From: an uncultured Acidobacteriota bacterium | GTDB taxonomy: Bacteria; Acidobacteriota; Vicinamibacteria; Vicinamibacterales; UBA8438 | Direction: 5' to 3' | Length of the DNA: 64,000 nt | NCBI GenBank assembly: GCA_913043225.1 | Contig: CAJWLU010000004.1 | Location: 67,243 to 131,242 of the forward strand | Shown here: positions 28,829-39,228 of the stretch, piece by piece | How the letters are laid out: the number at the start of each line of letters is the position of its first letter | Position numbering within the stretch: position 1 is the stretch's first letter | Translations under genes and position numbers: made by a program | Notes under the pieces: generated by a model | Told to the model about the DNA's origin: nothing | The model's input: the letters and a program-made list of their open reading frames with translations, nothing else | Database searches by the model: none

Positions 28829-29080
28829 GGACCGGTGGCACCGGCTGCCTCAAGGACAGTCCGAACCGCATACCGCGGTTCAAAAAAAAGATGCGAGATG
28901 TGCAGGGGCGGCCGCAGGCCGGAGACCCGAGAACTCAACTGAGGTAAACGTACTATCGGGACCCGGTGACGGTCAAGATTCGGCGCCGGTCAGCCAGAGT
29001 CGGACGTGGGCTCCGACGTCCTTCGGCAAGCGTGACAGCGGCAACCGTGATCAGCTGCCTGGTGACCCTGGTTGCCGGGT

Positions 29081-29611
29081 CTACCCTGAGCGGTCTCGCG
29101 ACCGGCGACGTCGCAGACCTGTGCGCACCAGTCCCACGGCCGCGAAAGGCCCGATTACCGCAAGCTCGACGGCCACAGCACGCCCGAGCGACGCCCAGCA
29201 GCCTACAAGCCAGTATTGCCGGCAGACCGGATGAAATAATTCGACGGACGACATATAGAACGCAGTGTCGATCGGCCACAGCGCCATCAGCCCAAAAGGC
29301 GCCACGGTGTCGGTACCGAGCCAATCAAGCACGACGTGTGTCAGGTAGGCGGCGCCGGTGGCCGCCCAGATACGGGGCTGGCGCGGCACGACCAGTACTC
29401 CCCCCCCCACGACGAGGAGCACCGCCCCGACCGAATGGGAGGCCTCTCGATGCGCTCCGACAAGAAAGTCGGCGTCTGGCAGCATCCCTAACACCGCCAG
29501 TAGCGCCAGCCACCGCACCAGACGGGATCGGTCCCCGTCGGTCTCGGCCGCCCCTCCAATGAGCGTTCCCGCCGCGATGCCCCCAAGTGCGTGTCCAATC
29601 GGTGTCGGCAT
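29081..29611 (-). CDS. Membrane-bound metal-dependent hydrolase, YdjM/DUF457-like
   Basis: I prefer the ATG at 29611 (MPTPIGHALGG...). Multiple TM segments with conserved His/Asp (PDADFL, HREASH). Confidence 0.6.
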   Translation of the reverse strand: MPTPIGHALGGIAAGTLIGGAAETDGDRSRLVRWLALLAVLGMLPDADFLVGAHREASHSVGAVLLVVGGGVLVVPRQPRIWAATGAAYLTHVVLDWLGTDTVAPFGLMALWPIDTAFYMSSVELFHPVCRQYWLVGCWASLGRAVAVELAVIGPFAAVGLVRTGLRRRRSRDRSG

Positions 29612-29775
29612 GCCTATTAGTTGATTACCATATCGCCTAAGGGACGGGATCATGCGACTGCCTCTCTTAATCTCGCCTTCGTCGCCGGGCCCCTGCATGA
29701 ACGGCTGGAGTTGATCGAGCACGACGGCCGGTGGTATCTCTTTACCGTCTGACGATTACTGCTCCAGGAGCCCGC

Positions 29776-30813
29776 ATGTTCCAACACCTCCGCCGTCTCA
29801 CCCACACCCTCACCGTGGCCGCGCTATGTCTTGGCGCCACCTCATACGCTCAGGCCCAGCCAGGCCTGGAGATCTACTGGGTGGATGTTGAAGGGGGCGC
29901 CGCCACGCTCGTGATCACGCCCAGCCGGGAGGTGATCCTAATGGACACCGGCTGGCCCCGCGACGATGCCCGCGACGCCGAACGGATCCGCAACGCCATG
30001 GCGCATGCCGCGGTTGACGAGATCGACTACCTGCTCTTCTCGCACTTTCACACGGATCATGTGGGTGGGCTGGGGGCGCTCGACGCCCGGGTGCCAATCC
30101 GGACGATCATTGATCACGGCGACAGCGTGGAGCGTGACACCGAGCGCGGCCGTCCGCTCTGGGAGGAGTATCTTCGTCTGGCCGGCGACCGGCGGCGCTC
30201 CATCGTGCCCGGAGACAAGCTTCCCTTCAGTGGCCTCGAGTTCACGTTCGTCGGCGCCCACAGGGAGTTGATCGACTCGCCGGAGCGACGCCTACCGAAC
30301 CCGCGTTGCGCCGGCATCTCTTCTCCTGAGCCGGATCTGGGGGAGAACGGACACAGTCTCGGCTACATGATCTCCCTAGGAGCGTTCCAGTTCCTGAATC
30401 TAGGCGACATGACCCCAGATCGGGAGCACGCCCTCGCTTGTCCAGAAAACCGGCTCGGGGTCGTCGACCTGTGGCAGGTAGCCCACCATGGTGGTTACGG
30501 AGCGATCCGACCCGAGCTCGCCGGCGCGCTCGAACCGACCGTTGCGGTCGTGAACAACGGTCCTCGGAAGGGCGGCACACCCGATTCGCTGGCGGTCATC
30601 CAGCAGACCGCCGAGGTCGGCGATGTGTGGCAGTCACACCGCGCCATGATGGACGACGCCGCCCACAACACGGACGAACCACTGACGGCCAACCTAACCG
30701 AAGATGCGGAGTGCCGCGGACACTGGCTCAAGGCCACCGTGGCGCCTGATGGTCGCAGCTGGACGATGACCAACGGCCGTACCGGCTACAGCCGCAATTA
30801 CCTTTCGAAGTAG
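29776..30813 (+). CDS. Secreted MBL-fold metallo-hydrolase
   Basis: Signal peptide MFQHLRRLTHTLTVAALCLGATSYAQA. HxHxDH motif HFHTDHVGG. Confidence 0.8.
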   Translation: MFQHLRRLTHTLTVAALCLGATSYAQAQPGLEIYWVDVEGGAATLVITPSREVILMDTGWPRDDARDAERIRNAMAHAAVDEIDYLLFSHFHTDHVGGLGALDARVPIRTIIDHGDSVERDTERGRPLWEEYLRLAGDRRRSIVPGDKLPFSGLEFTFVGAHRELIDSPERRLPNPRCAGISSPEPDLGENGHSLGYMISLGAFQFLNLGDMTPDREHALACPENRLGVVDLWQVAHHGGYGAIRPELAGALEPTVAVVNNGPRKGGTPDSLAVIQQTAEVGDVWQSHRAMMDDAAHNTDEPLTANLTEDAECRGHWLKATVAPDGRSWTMTNGRTGYSRNYLSK

Positions 30814-30896
30814 CTCCAGCGTGCAGAGGGGGAGCAATCAGCGCGACACCGTGCCTGTCGGGTGCGCGTGGTGTTCGAGCGAAGCCCATGGACGCA

Positions 30897-31220
30897 TTAG
30901 TCGAGCTCGATCTCGATCGCGCCGGCCACCACCCTAAGCGGATGCGCACGGAGCCTCCCTCCTGCGGGTGGGGTAACGGGCGCACCGTCAGCCACCCGGA
31001 ACTGGGCACCGTGCCAGAGACAGGTCACGAGACCGTCCTCACAGGCCCCCTCCGTCAGCGGTCCCCCGTTATGCGTGCAGTAGTCGTCGTAAGCCCGATA
31101 GATCCCGCCGTCATTAAATAGGGCAATCTTCCGGTCCTGCAGCCGCACACAGCGGGCCTTGCCCGGCGCCACGCCTCCCTCACTGCCTACACCGACCCAT
31201 CGGCCCATCCGCGTCTCCAT
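30897..31220 (-). CDS. Small Rieske [2Fe-2S] protein (NirD/ferredoxin-type)
   Basis: 107 aa. CTHNGGPL ... CLWHGAQF (CxH ... CxxH). Confidence 0.8.
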   Translation of the reverse strand: METRMGRWVGVGSEGGVAPGKARCVRLQDRKIALFNDGGIYRAYDDYCTHNGGPLTEGACEDGLVTCLWHGAQFRVADGAPVTPPAGGRLRAHPLRVVAGAIEIELD

Positions 31221-31598
31221 CCGCCGTCTGGCGATTACGCTCCCGGCTCAGACCGGCGTGATTGTCCCCGGTCTTTGTCATCCTTCAGTTCAGTCCACCA
31301 CCAACCCTCATGCGCCCATTCTCCCCCGCAACGACGCACCGCGCCACCACCCCAGCTACCGGCCGGACGGCGGTCAGTCCAGTGCGCTACAATGTCGCCG
31401 CTGTCACCCGACCACCGCCAGCTGGTGAGCGTCTTACCCAGCACGCGTAGCCGTCAGGGCTCCTGAAAGCTTGTGACTCAGGCCCACGGCATGCGGGCGA
31501 GGTTTTATGTCGCCAGGCTGGTCAAGGCGCTCGCGCTGGTCGACGACGAAGCTGCCGCGGTGGCAAGCTTCTGAGCCGCGTCCAAGGAGGAAGCCTAG

Positions 31599-33362
31599 AT
31601 GCTCTCGATCCTGTCGCTATTGCCCATCCTGACCGTCGCGGTGTTTCTGGTCCTGTTGCGATGGCCGGCTAGCCGGGCCATGCCACTGACCTACGCCGTG
31701 GCCGCCGTGCTGGCGCTATTCGTCTGGCAGGTTCCGGGACTCCAGGTCGTCGGCGCCACCATCAACGGCGTCGTAATCGCACTCACGTTGCTCTACATCA
31801 TCTTCGGCGCCATCCTGCTGCTGAACACGCTCCAGCAGAGCGGCGCGATCTCCGCCATCCGTCAGGGATTCACCGATATAAGCAGCGACCGGCGGGTCCA
31901 GGTCATCATCATCGCCTGGCTCTTCGGCTCGTTCATCGAGGGCTCGGCGGGCTTCGGCACTCCTGCAGCGGTAGCCGTTCCCCTGCTGGTCGGCCTAGGC
32001 TTTCCGGGCATGGCCGCCGTCATGTCCGGCATGATCATCCAGAGCACGCCGGTCAGCTTCGGCGCACTTGGCACCCCTATTCTCGTCGGGGTGAACACGG
32101 GGCTCTCCGCCGATCCGGTAATCGCCGAATACGCCGCCACCTTGGGTTACGCTCAGTGGGAAGAGTTCCTCGGTTTCGTGGCGCTACGCGTAGCCATTCT
32201 CCACGCTATCGCCGGCACCCTCATCCCTCTGATCCTCGTTTCGTTCCTGACCAGGTTCTTCGGGAAGGAGCGGTCGTTCGCCCAAGGCTTGCGCGTATGG
32301 CCGTTCGCGCTGTTCTCCGCCTTCGCCATGACCGTGCCGTACGTGCTCGCGGCCCGGTTTCTCGGTCCAGAGTTCCCTGCCCTTATCGGCAGCCTGACCG
32401 GCCTGGTCATTGTCGTCTCGGCTGCCAGGGCCGGCTTCCTAGTGCCCAAGCAGGAGGACCAGTGGGACTTTGAAGACAAGAGCCATTGGCCGGCAGAGTG
32501 GACCGGCTCAGCCGACTTCAAGGACGACGACACCGGGCCGCGCATGAACCTCGTAAAGGCGTGGATGCCCTACGTGGTCGTGGCGCTCCTGCTTCTCACC
32601 TCGCGCGCCGTACCATTCTTCCGGACCTTGCTCCAGTCGGTCACGCTCACCTGGGACGGTATCCTGGGAAGCACCATCAACATGGGCGCCGTGCAGCCGT
32701 TTTATCTGCCCGGCACCTTGTTCATCGTGGCGTCGCTCATCACCGTGGCCATGCACGGCCTGTCCATACCAGCCTACGCGAAAGCGTGGTCGACTTCCCT
32801 CAAAGTCTCAGCGGCAGCCTCGGTAGCCCTGATCTTCACCGTTCCGATGGTGCAGGTCTTCCTCAACACCGGCGGCGGTGCGGCCGGCTACGACCAGATG
32901 CCAATCGTGCTCGCCGACGGGGTGGCCTCACTGGCCGGCGGCGCCTGGCCGATCTTCGCGCCCTTCATCGGCGGCATCGGCGCCGCCGTCGCTGGGAGCA
33001 ACACCGTCAGCAACATGATGTTCTCGCTCTTCCAGTTTGGGATGGGCGAACGGATCCTGGCCGACCCGGTCTGGATCGTGGCGCTGCAGGCGGTCGGTGG
33101 CGCCGCCGGCAACATGATCTGTGTCCACAACGTCGTGGCGGCCTCGGCCGTCGTCGGCCTACTCGGCAAGGAAGGCTCGATCATCCGGATGACCCTGCTG
33201 CCGTTCACCTACTACGCACTCTTGCCAGGCGCCGTGGGTTACCTGATCGTGTCCTACTCCAGTTCCGGCCTCTTGAACGTGGGAACGTTGCTCGTGGCCT
33301 TGATCGCGGCGGCCGCGGCCTATTTCATCATCAAGTACGGCCGAGCCTCAGCCACCGCCTAG
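31599..33362 (+). CDS. L-lactate permease (LctP/LldP family)
   Basis: 587 aa, polytopic. [27 protein letters not shown] closely parallels E. coli LldP as I recall it. Confidence 0.85.
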   Translation: MLSILSLLPILTVAVFLVLLRWPASRAMPLTYAVAAVLALFVWQVPGLQVVGATINGVVIALTLLYIIFGAILLLNTLQQSGAISAIRQGFTDISSDRRVQVIIIAWLFGSFIEGSAGFGTPAAVAVPLLVGLGFPGMAAVMSGMIIQSTPVSFGALGTPILVGVNTGLSADPVIAEYAATLGYAQWEEFLGFVALRVAILHAIAGTLIPLILVSFLTRFFGKERSFAQGLRVWPFALFSAFAMTVPYVLAARFLGPEFPALIGSLTGLVIVVSAARAGFLVPKQEDQWDFEDKSHWPAEWTGSADFKDDDTGPRMNLVKAWMPYVVVALLLLTSRAVPFFRTLLQSVTLTWDGILGSTINMGAVQPFYLPGTLFIVASLITVAMHGLSIPAYAKAWSTSLKVSAAASVALIFTVPMVQVFLNTGGGAAGYDQMPIVLADGVASLAGGAWPIFAPFIGGIGAAVAGSNTVSNMMFSLFQFGMGERILADPVWIVALQAVGGAAGNMICVHNVVAASAVVGLLGKEGSIIRMTLLPFTYYALLPGAVGYLIVSYSSSGLLNVGTLLVALIAAAAAYFIIKYGRASATA

Positions 33363-33367
33363 GCGCC

Positions 33368-33757
33368 ATGAAGCTCTTCACCCTTGGCGCCCTCGACAAC
33401 GAGGCGTCCGACCCCGACACGTTCGTCGGGTCGGCGCGCCTGACCAGGATGAACGGCGTGACCTCCAGCCCGCCGACCAACGTCTATCGTGTTGCGTTCG
33501 AGGCCAGCGCGCGCACCAACTGGCATACCCACTCCGGCTACCAGCTGCTACAGGTGATCGAGGGCGTCTGTCGCTTCCAGAAGGCAGGCGAGTCGGTTCG
33601 CGAGGCGGCGGCCGGCGACCTGGTCTCCATCGCCCCTGAAGAGCGACACTGGCACGGCGCCTCGCCGGACGGACCGATGACCCACATCGCTATCAATCTC
33701 GACGCCACGACAAATTGGTTCGGCCCTGTCTCCGACGACGACTACGCCGGCGGGTAG
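33368..33757 (+). CDS. Cupin-domain protein
   Basis: 129 aa. NWHTHSGYQLLQVIEG...GD.V.I.P.E.HWHG cupin motifs. Start is 6 nt after the permease stop. Confidence 0.6.
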   Translation: MKLFTLGALDNEASDPDTFVGSARLTRMNGVTSSPPTNVYRVAFEASARTNWHTHSGYQLLQVIEGVCRFQKAGESVREAAAGDLVSIAPEERHWHGASPDGPMTHIAINLDATTNWFGPVSDDDYAGG

Positions 33758-33766
33758 ACCACGGTC

Positions 33767-34537
33767 ATGCCCCGGGTCGTGGTCACAACCACGGATGGTC
33801 CCTCCACGGAATTGGAGGACCGCGCGCGGAACCTAGCCGCGCGCCTGCATCAACGGTATGTCTCACGAGAGCGCTTAACACTGCGCGTCCTGCTCGACCG
33901 GGCAGACGCCGCCGCCGTGCTGGTCCTCGGCGAAGAGTCGCTTCGCTACGGCATTCAGGGACACGCCTACGGCTTCCACCCGAACATGGCCAGGCACCGC
34001 GTCGCCACGCTGATAGCGGGACGCGCTGATCGATTGACTGACGTTGCCGCCCTGGCGTCAGGAGACCGATTTCTCGATTGCACCTGTGGACTCGGCGCGG
34101 ACGCCATCGTAGCGGCGCACGTGGTTGGTACGACTGGCGCGGTAGACGCGCTCGAGGCCTCTCCCGTGCTGGCGGAGCTCGTCGCACACGGGCTGCGCCG
34201 ATACCAACACCGCGATTCAGACCTCGTAGGGGCGATGCGTCGCGTGAGAGTGCGGGCCACCAACTACCGCAATCTGTTACCGACCCTTGACGACAAAAGC
34301 TGGGACGTCGTATATCTCGACCCGATGTTCGAGACCCCTATCCTCGCCACCCACGGCCTCGACCTTGTGCGGCGCCTCGCCGTCCCCGATCGTCCCACTC
34401 GAGCAGACATCGCCCAAGCACGCCGGGTCGCCCGACGGACCGTTGTCGTAAAGGATCGAGCGCCCGGAGCCCTGCTCCGCGCGCTGGGCGTCCCCGTCGT
34501 CTCGAAGAGCCGCCGGATCTGGTACGGAAGACTTTGA
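33767..34537 (+). CDS. Class I SAM-dependent methyltransferase, RsmJ-like
   Basis: FLDCTCGLGADAIVAA, VVYLDPMF, RTVVVKDR resemble E. coli RsmJ (DATAGLGRDAFVLA, VVYLDPMF, RVVVKRP). Confidence 0.65.
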   Translation: MPRVVVTTTDGPSTELEDRARNLAARLHQRYVSRERLTLRVLLDRADAAAVLVLGEESLRYGIQGHAYGFHPNMARHRVATLIAGRADRLTDVAALASGDRFLDCTCGLGADAIVAAHVVGTTGAVDALEASPVLAELVAHGLRRYQHRDSDLVGAMRRVRVRATNYRNLLPTLDDKSWDVVYLDPMFETPILATHGLDLVRRLAVPDRPTRADIAQARRVARRTVVVKDRAPGALLRALGVPVVSKSRRIWYGRL

Positions 34538-34550
34538 ACCCGGACGCTGG

Positions 34551-36389
34551 CTAGTTAGATCGGATTGGAGTGGTGGCTGGCCAGCCGCACGACCGTTCGG
34601 CGTTCTGCCCATCCAGCCACCGCTTGAGTGGAGCAAAGTAGTCGAGCATCGCCGTCGCGTCCATTTCTCGACGTCCGGTGACCTGCTCCAGAGCGTCGGG
34701 CCACGGCTCACTGGCCCCGAGTTCCAGCATCCGCCGTAGGCGCAACCCCGCCTCGCCGCTTCCATAGATGGAACAGCGATGCAGTGGGCCCTCAAAACTC
34801 TCGGCGTCGCAGAGCGCACGGTGGAACTGAAACTGGAGGATGTGGGCGAGGAAGTAGCGTGTATACGACGTGTTGGCCGGAATGTGATACTTCGCGCCCG
34901 GGTCAAAGTCGGCTTCGCTGCGCCGTACCGGCGGCCGAATGCCCTGGTACCGTGTACGAAGATCCCACCACCCCTGGTTGTAAGCCTCCGGTTCAATCTC
35001 TCCCGAGAACACCTTCCATCGCCACTGATCCACCATTAGACCGAACGGCAGGAAGGCCACCTTGTCGAGCGCCAGGCGCATCAACAAGCCAAGGTCGTTG
35101 TCAGACGGCGGCACCCAGCTGAGCAGCCCGACCTCCGAAAGATACTCGGGCGTGATCGACAGTGCGATCGTGTCACCAATCCCTTCATGGAAGCCGTCGT
35201 TCGCGCCGGTTCGAAAGAGTGGAGACTGCTCCTGATATGCTCGCTGGTAGTAGTTGTGGCCCAGCTCGTGGTGGATCGTAACGAAGTCTTCATCGTTGAT
35301 GCCGATGCACATCTTGATCCGAATATCCGACTCATAGTCCAGATCCCATGCGCTTGCGTGGCAGACCACGTCTCGGTCCTGCGGCTGGACGAACTGCGAT
35401 CGCTGCCAGAAGGTCTCGGGTAGCGGATCGAAGCCGAGCGAACTAAAGAACCGCTCACCATAGCGCACCATCTCGAGCTCATCGACGCGATTCGACTCAA
35501 GCAGCGCCGTCAGGTCATAGCCGGGATCGGCGTTCGGAGGAGCCACCAGGTCATAGATGTTCGACCAGGTCTGACTCCACATGTTCCCCAGCAGATGCGC
35601 AGGAATCGGTTCGTCCTCGGGCACGACGGCCGAACCATACTCCGCCGCCAGACCGGCGCGGACGTGGCAGTGCAGCGCCTCGTAGAGCGGGCGTACCTGT
35701 CCCCAGAGGCGCTCTAGGTCTGCGGTGAATGCGTCGGGTGACATGTCATACCCGGCCCGCCACATCTCCCCGAGGTCGACGAAGCCAAGCTCCTTGGCAC
35801 CTGCGTTCGCCAGTTCCACGAAGCGCACGTACGAGCTCCGCATCGGCGGAGCTACCTGGCGCCACCCCAGCCACAAATCGAGCAACTCGTCAGTATCCCG
35901 GCTCTCGGCCAGGCGCCGCTCCATCTCCGGCAGAGACAGGCACCTGTCGTCACCCCCGGGGCAGTAGACGCCGCGGCCATACGTGCTCTCCATGCCAGTC
36001 GTGATCTGGGAGAGCTCAGCCTGCAATGCCGAATCGGACGGCGCGGCCACTCCCATCGACGTCTTTAGGAGCAGCAGCTTGCGCCGAAGCTCCTGTGGCA
36101 GGTCGACCTGGTCAAACTGAGCAGCCTCGGAGGCTAGTCGCATCGTGGCCCCAATGACCGCGGTCTGCGCGTCAGCCGCCATTCGCGTGGTTTCTTCGGT
36201 GATGTAGGTGCTCTGCACCCAAGCGGCACGTCCCGCGTCTATCCAGAGCGACAGCAGCTCCTGTTCAGCGTCGGCCAGGAACAGCTCCGCGTCGTCGGCG
36301 GTCGGACCAGCCTCGCTACAGCCAATCCAGAACAACACCGCGGTCAATAGCATCGCCAGTCGCCATTGCACCCTGGTCGCAGATTGCAT
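34551..36389 (-). CDS. M2-family peptidyl-dipeptidase (angiotensin-converting-enzyme-like) lipoprotein
   Basis: 612 aa. Lipobox LFWIGC. Zinc site HHELGHNYY plus downstream FHEGIGDT, typical of M2. Confidence 0.85.
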   Translation of the reverse strand: MQSATRVQWRLAMLLTAVLFWIGCSEAGPTADDAELFLADAEQELLSLWIDAGRAAWVQSTYITEETTRMAADAQTAVIGATMRLASEAAQFDQVDLPQELRRKLLLLKTSMGVAAPSDSALQAELSQITTGMESTYGRGVYCPGGDDRCLSLPEMERRLAESRDTDELLDLWLGWRQVAPPMRSSYVRFVELANAGAKELGFVDLGEMWRAGYDMSPDAFTADLERLWGQVRPLYEALHCHVRAGLAAEYGSAVVPEDEPIPAHLLGNMWSQTWSNIYDLVAPPNADPGYDLTALLESNRVDELEMVRYGERFFSSLGFDPLPETFWQRSQFVQPQDRDVVCHASAWDLDYESDIRIKMCIGINDEDFVTIHHELGHNYYQRAYQEQSPLFRTGANDGFHEGIGDTIALSITPEYLSEVGLLSWVPPSDNDLGLLMRLALDKVAFLPFGLMVDQWRWKVFSGEIEPEAYNQGWWDLRTRYQGIRPPVRRSEADFDPGAKYHIPANTSYTRYFLAHILQFQFHRALCDAESFEGPLHRCSIYGSGEAGLRLRRMLELGASEPWPDALEQVTGRREMDATAMLDYFAPLKRWLDGQNAERSCGWPATTPIRSN

Positions 36390-36462
36390 CGGTTCTCCTC
36401 AGAGACGAAACGGATCATCTCCTAACGCGCAACGCCGGAGCGAGACCAACCAGGAGAGACGG

Positions 36463-37929
<1,467 letters not shown>

Positions 37930-37986
37930 TCATCGAAGGGTCCTGAAAGTCAAGCACGAAATACGCGCGCACCTCCGAAACGAGGT

Positions 37987-38015
37987 TTGACAATCGGCTC
38001 ACGCATTCTTTAAGT
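37987..38015 (+). promoter_or_regulatory. Sigma70-like promoter candidate for the ATPase gene
   Basis: TTGACA(37987-37992)-N17-TTAAGT(38010-38015), about 70 nt upstream of the GTG at 38083. Confidence 0.3.
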
Positions 38016-38082
38016 TCTATCCTTCCAAGTCGTCATCCACTATCTCAAACGACCGCGCAAACGGTCGCGTCGAAGAAAACGA

Positions 38083-39228
38083 GTGCTGGCTGAACGCCCC
38101 GCGATCGAACGGAGAATCATCACCGCGCTGGACGCGTCCCCCGCCCGGGTCCCGGTGCTCGTCGGGGGCTGCGGCAGCGGCCGGACCACTCTGCTGCAAC
38201 GGCTCCAGCAGCACCTCGGGACCTCCGCGGAGTATCTCGACGTAGAGCGGGTGGCGACAACTCCGGAAGGTTTCCTTTCATCCATCACGGCGGCCACCCA
38301 CAGCGACACGCCAAGCAAGCTCCAGCCCGAGGAGGGACAACGTTCCGCCCGCATCGCCTTCGACCGCGTGTGTCGGTTCCTGCAAGAGGCCCGAACTCCA
38401 ACTGGGGAAGGTGTCACCTTTCTGCTTGACGAAGCCTTGGAGGTGCGCACGTTCGAGAGCTTTCCTGGCCTTCGGGGAGCATTGCGCGAACTCTGGGCGA
38501 CGCTCTGCACCGGCCCCAACCGTTTCGTCCTGACAACCCGTTTCGTGACCAGGACACACCGGCTCTTCCGAGACGCTCCCGAGCAATTCGAGTTCATTCA
38601 CATTCCGCCGCTCACTCCGGCCGAGGTCTCGACGGCGCTCCTTCCTCTCGAACTCGGTGAAAGCGCAGACGAGCGACTCGAATTAAGCCGCATCCTTCAC
38701 GCGCTCACCGACGGCCGACCGCTGTACCTCCAACTCCTTGCCGCCGCTACCAAGGCGATGGGCTCTGGTGACCCCGTTAGCGCGCTGGCTTCACAGCTAG
38801 CACCGGGAACGCCGCTGTCGATGGCCTGTCGCTTCTCTTACGAGCTGCGTCTGCATCGAGCCCGCGGCTATGGGGCACTCAAGGCGATCCTGCAGGTACT
38901 CTCGCACCAGGAGCCGCTCACGCTGACCGAGATCGCGCAACGGCTGGGCCGAACCCCGGGATCGACCAAGGACTATCTCTCGTGGCTCGAGGATGTCGAC
39001 CTGCTTCAGGTGCAACAGAAGCGCTACAGCTTCTCGGATCCACTGTTGCGGCTCTGGGTCCGACTGCACGGCCTGGCGCACCCGCCCCGCGACGAGGACC
39101 TCGCACGTGAGGCGCAAGAGTATGCCGTGGCGCGGTTCCCGTACATGGAGCCAGCCCTGCTCGCGGAGCCGAGCGTGGCAACCCCTCCGGCGCAGGAGCG
39201 ATCCTGGGGCATGATCGAGATCGACTAG
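38083..39228 (+). CDS. Arch_ATPase/DUF234-type P-loop NTPase with C-terminal winged-helix domain and a degenerate Walker A
   Basis: 381 aa. Walker A VLVGGCGSGRTTL (Arg where Lys is expected), Walker B FLLDEA. C-terminal wHTH LTLTEIAQRLGRTPGSTKDYLSWLEDVDLL..KRYSFSDPLLRLWV. Confidence 0.7.
   Translation: MLAERPAIERRIITALDASPARVPVLVGGCGSGRTTLLQRLQQHLGTSAEYLDVERVATTPEGFLSSITAATHSDTPSKLQPEEGQRSARIAFDRVCRFLQEARTPTGEGVTFLLDEALEVRTFESFPGLRGALRELWATLCTGPNRFVLTTRFVTRTHRLFRDAPEQFEFIHIPPLTPAEVSTALLPLELGESADERLELSRILHALTDGRPLYLQLLAAATKAMGSGDPVSALASQLAPGTPLSMACRFSYELRLHRARGYGALKAILQVLSHQEPLTLTEIAQRLGRTPGSTKDYLSWLEDVDLLQVQQKRYSFSDPLLRLWVRLHGLAHPPRDEDLAREAQEYAVARFPYMEPALLAEPSVATPPAQERSWGMIEID

Noticed and set aside
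28882-28889. A8/T8 run next to a 7-bp hairpin as an intrinsic terminator
   Set aside because: On the minus strand the T-run precedes the hairpin. On the plus strand the hairpin is followed by A's. Neither orientation gives hairpin plus U-tract, so I kept it only as part of the unexplained gcvT leader.
28953-29562. ORFs 28953-29324 (-), 28966-29562 (+) and 28818-29234 (+)
   Set aside because: They overlap the YdjM-like membrane gene or the gcvT leader and have Arg/Pro-rich translations with no motifs.
31235-31466. Small ORFs (60-69 aa) in the lactate-permease upstream gap
   Set aside because: Trp/Arg- or Pro/Ser-rich translations with no SD and mutually overlapping frames. More likely non-coding.
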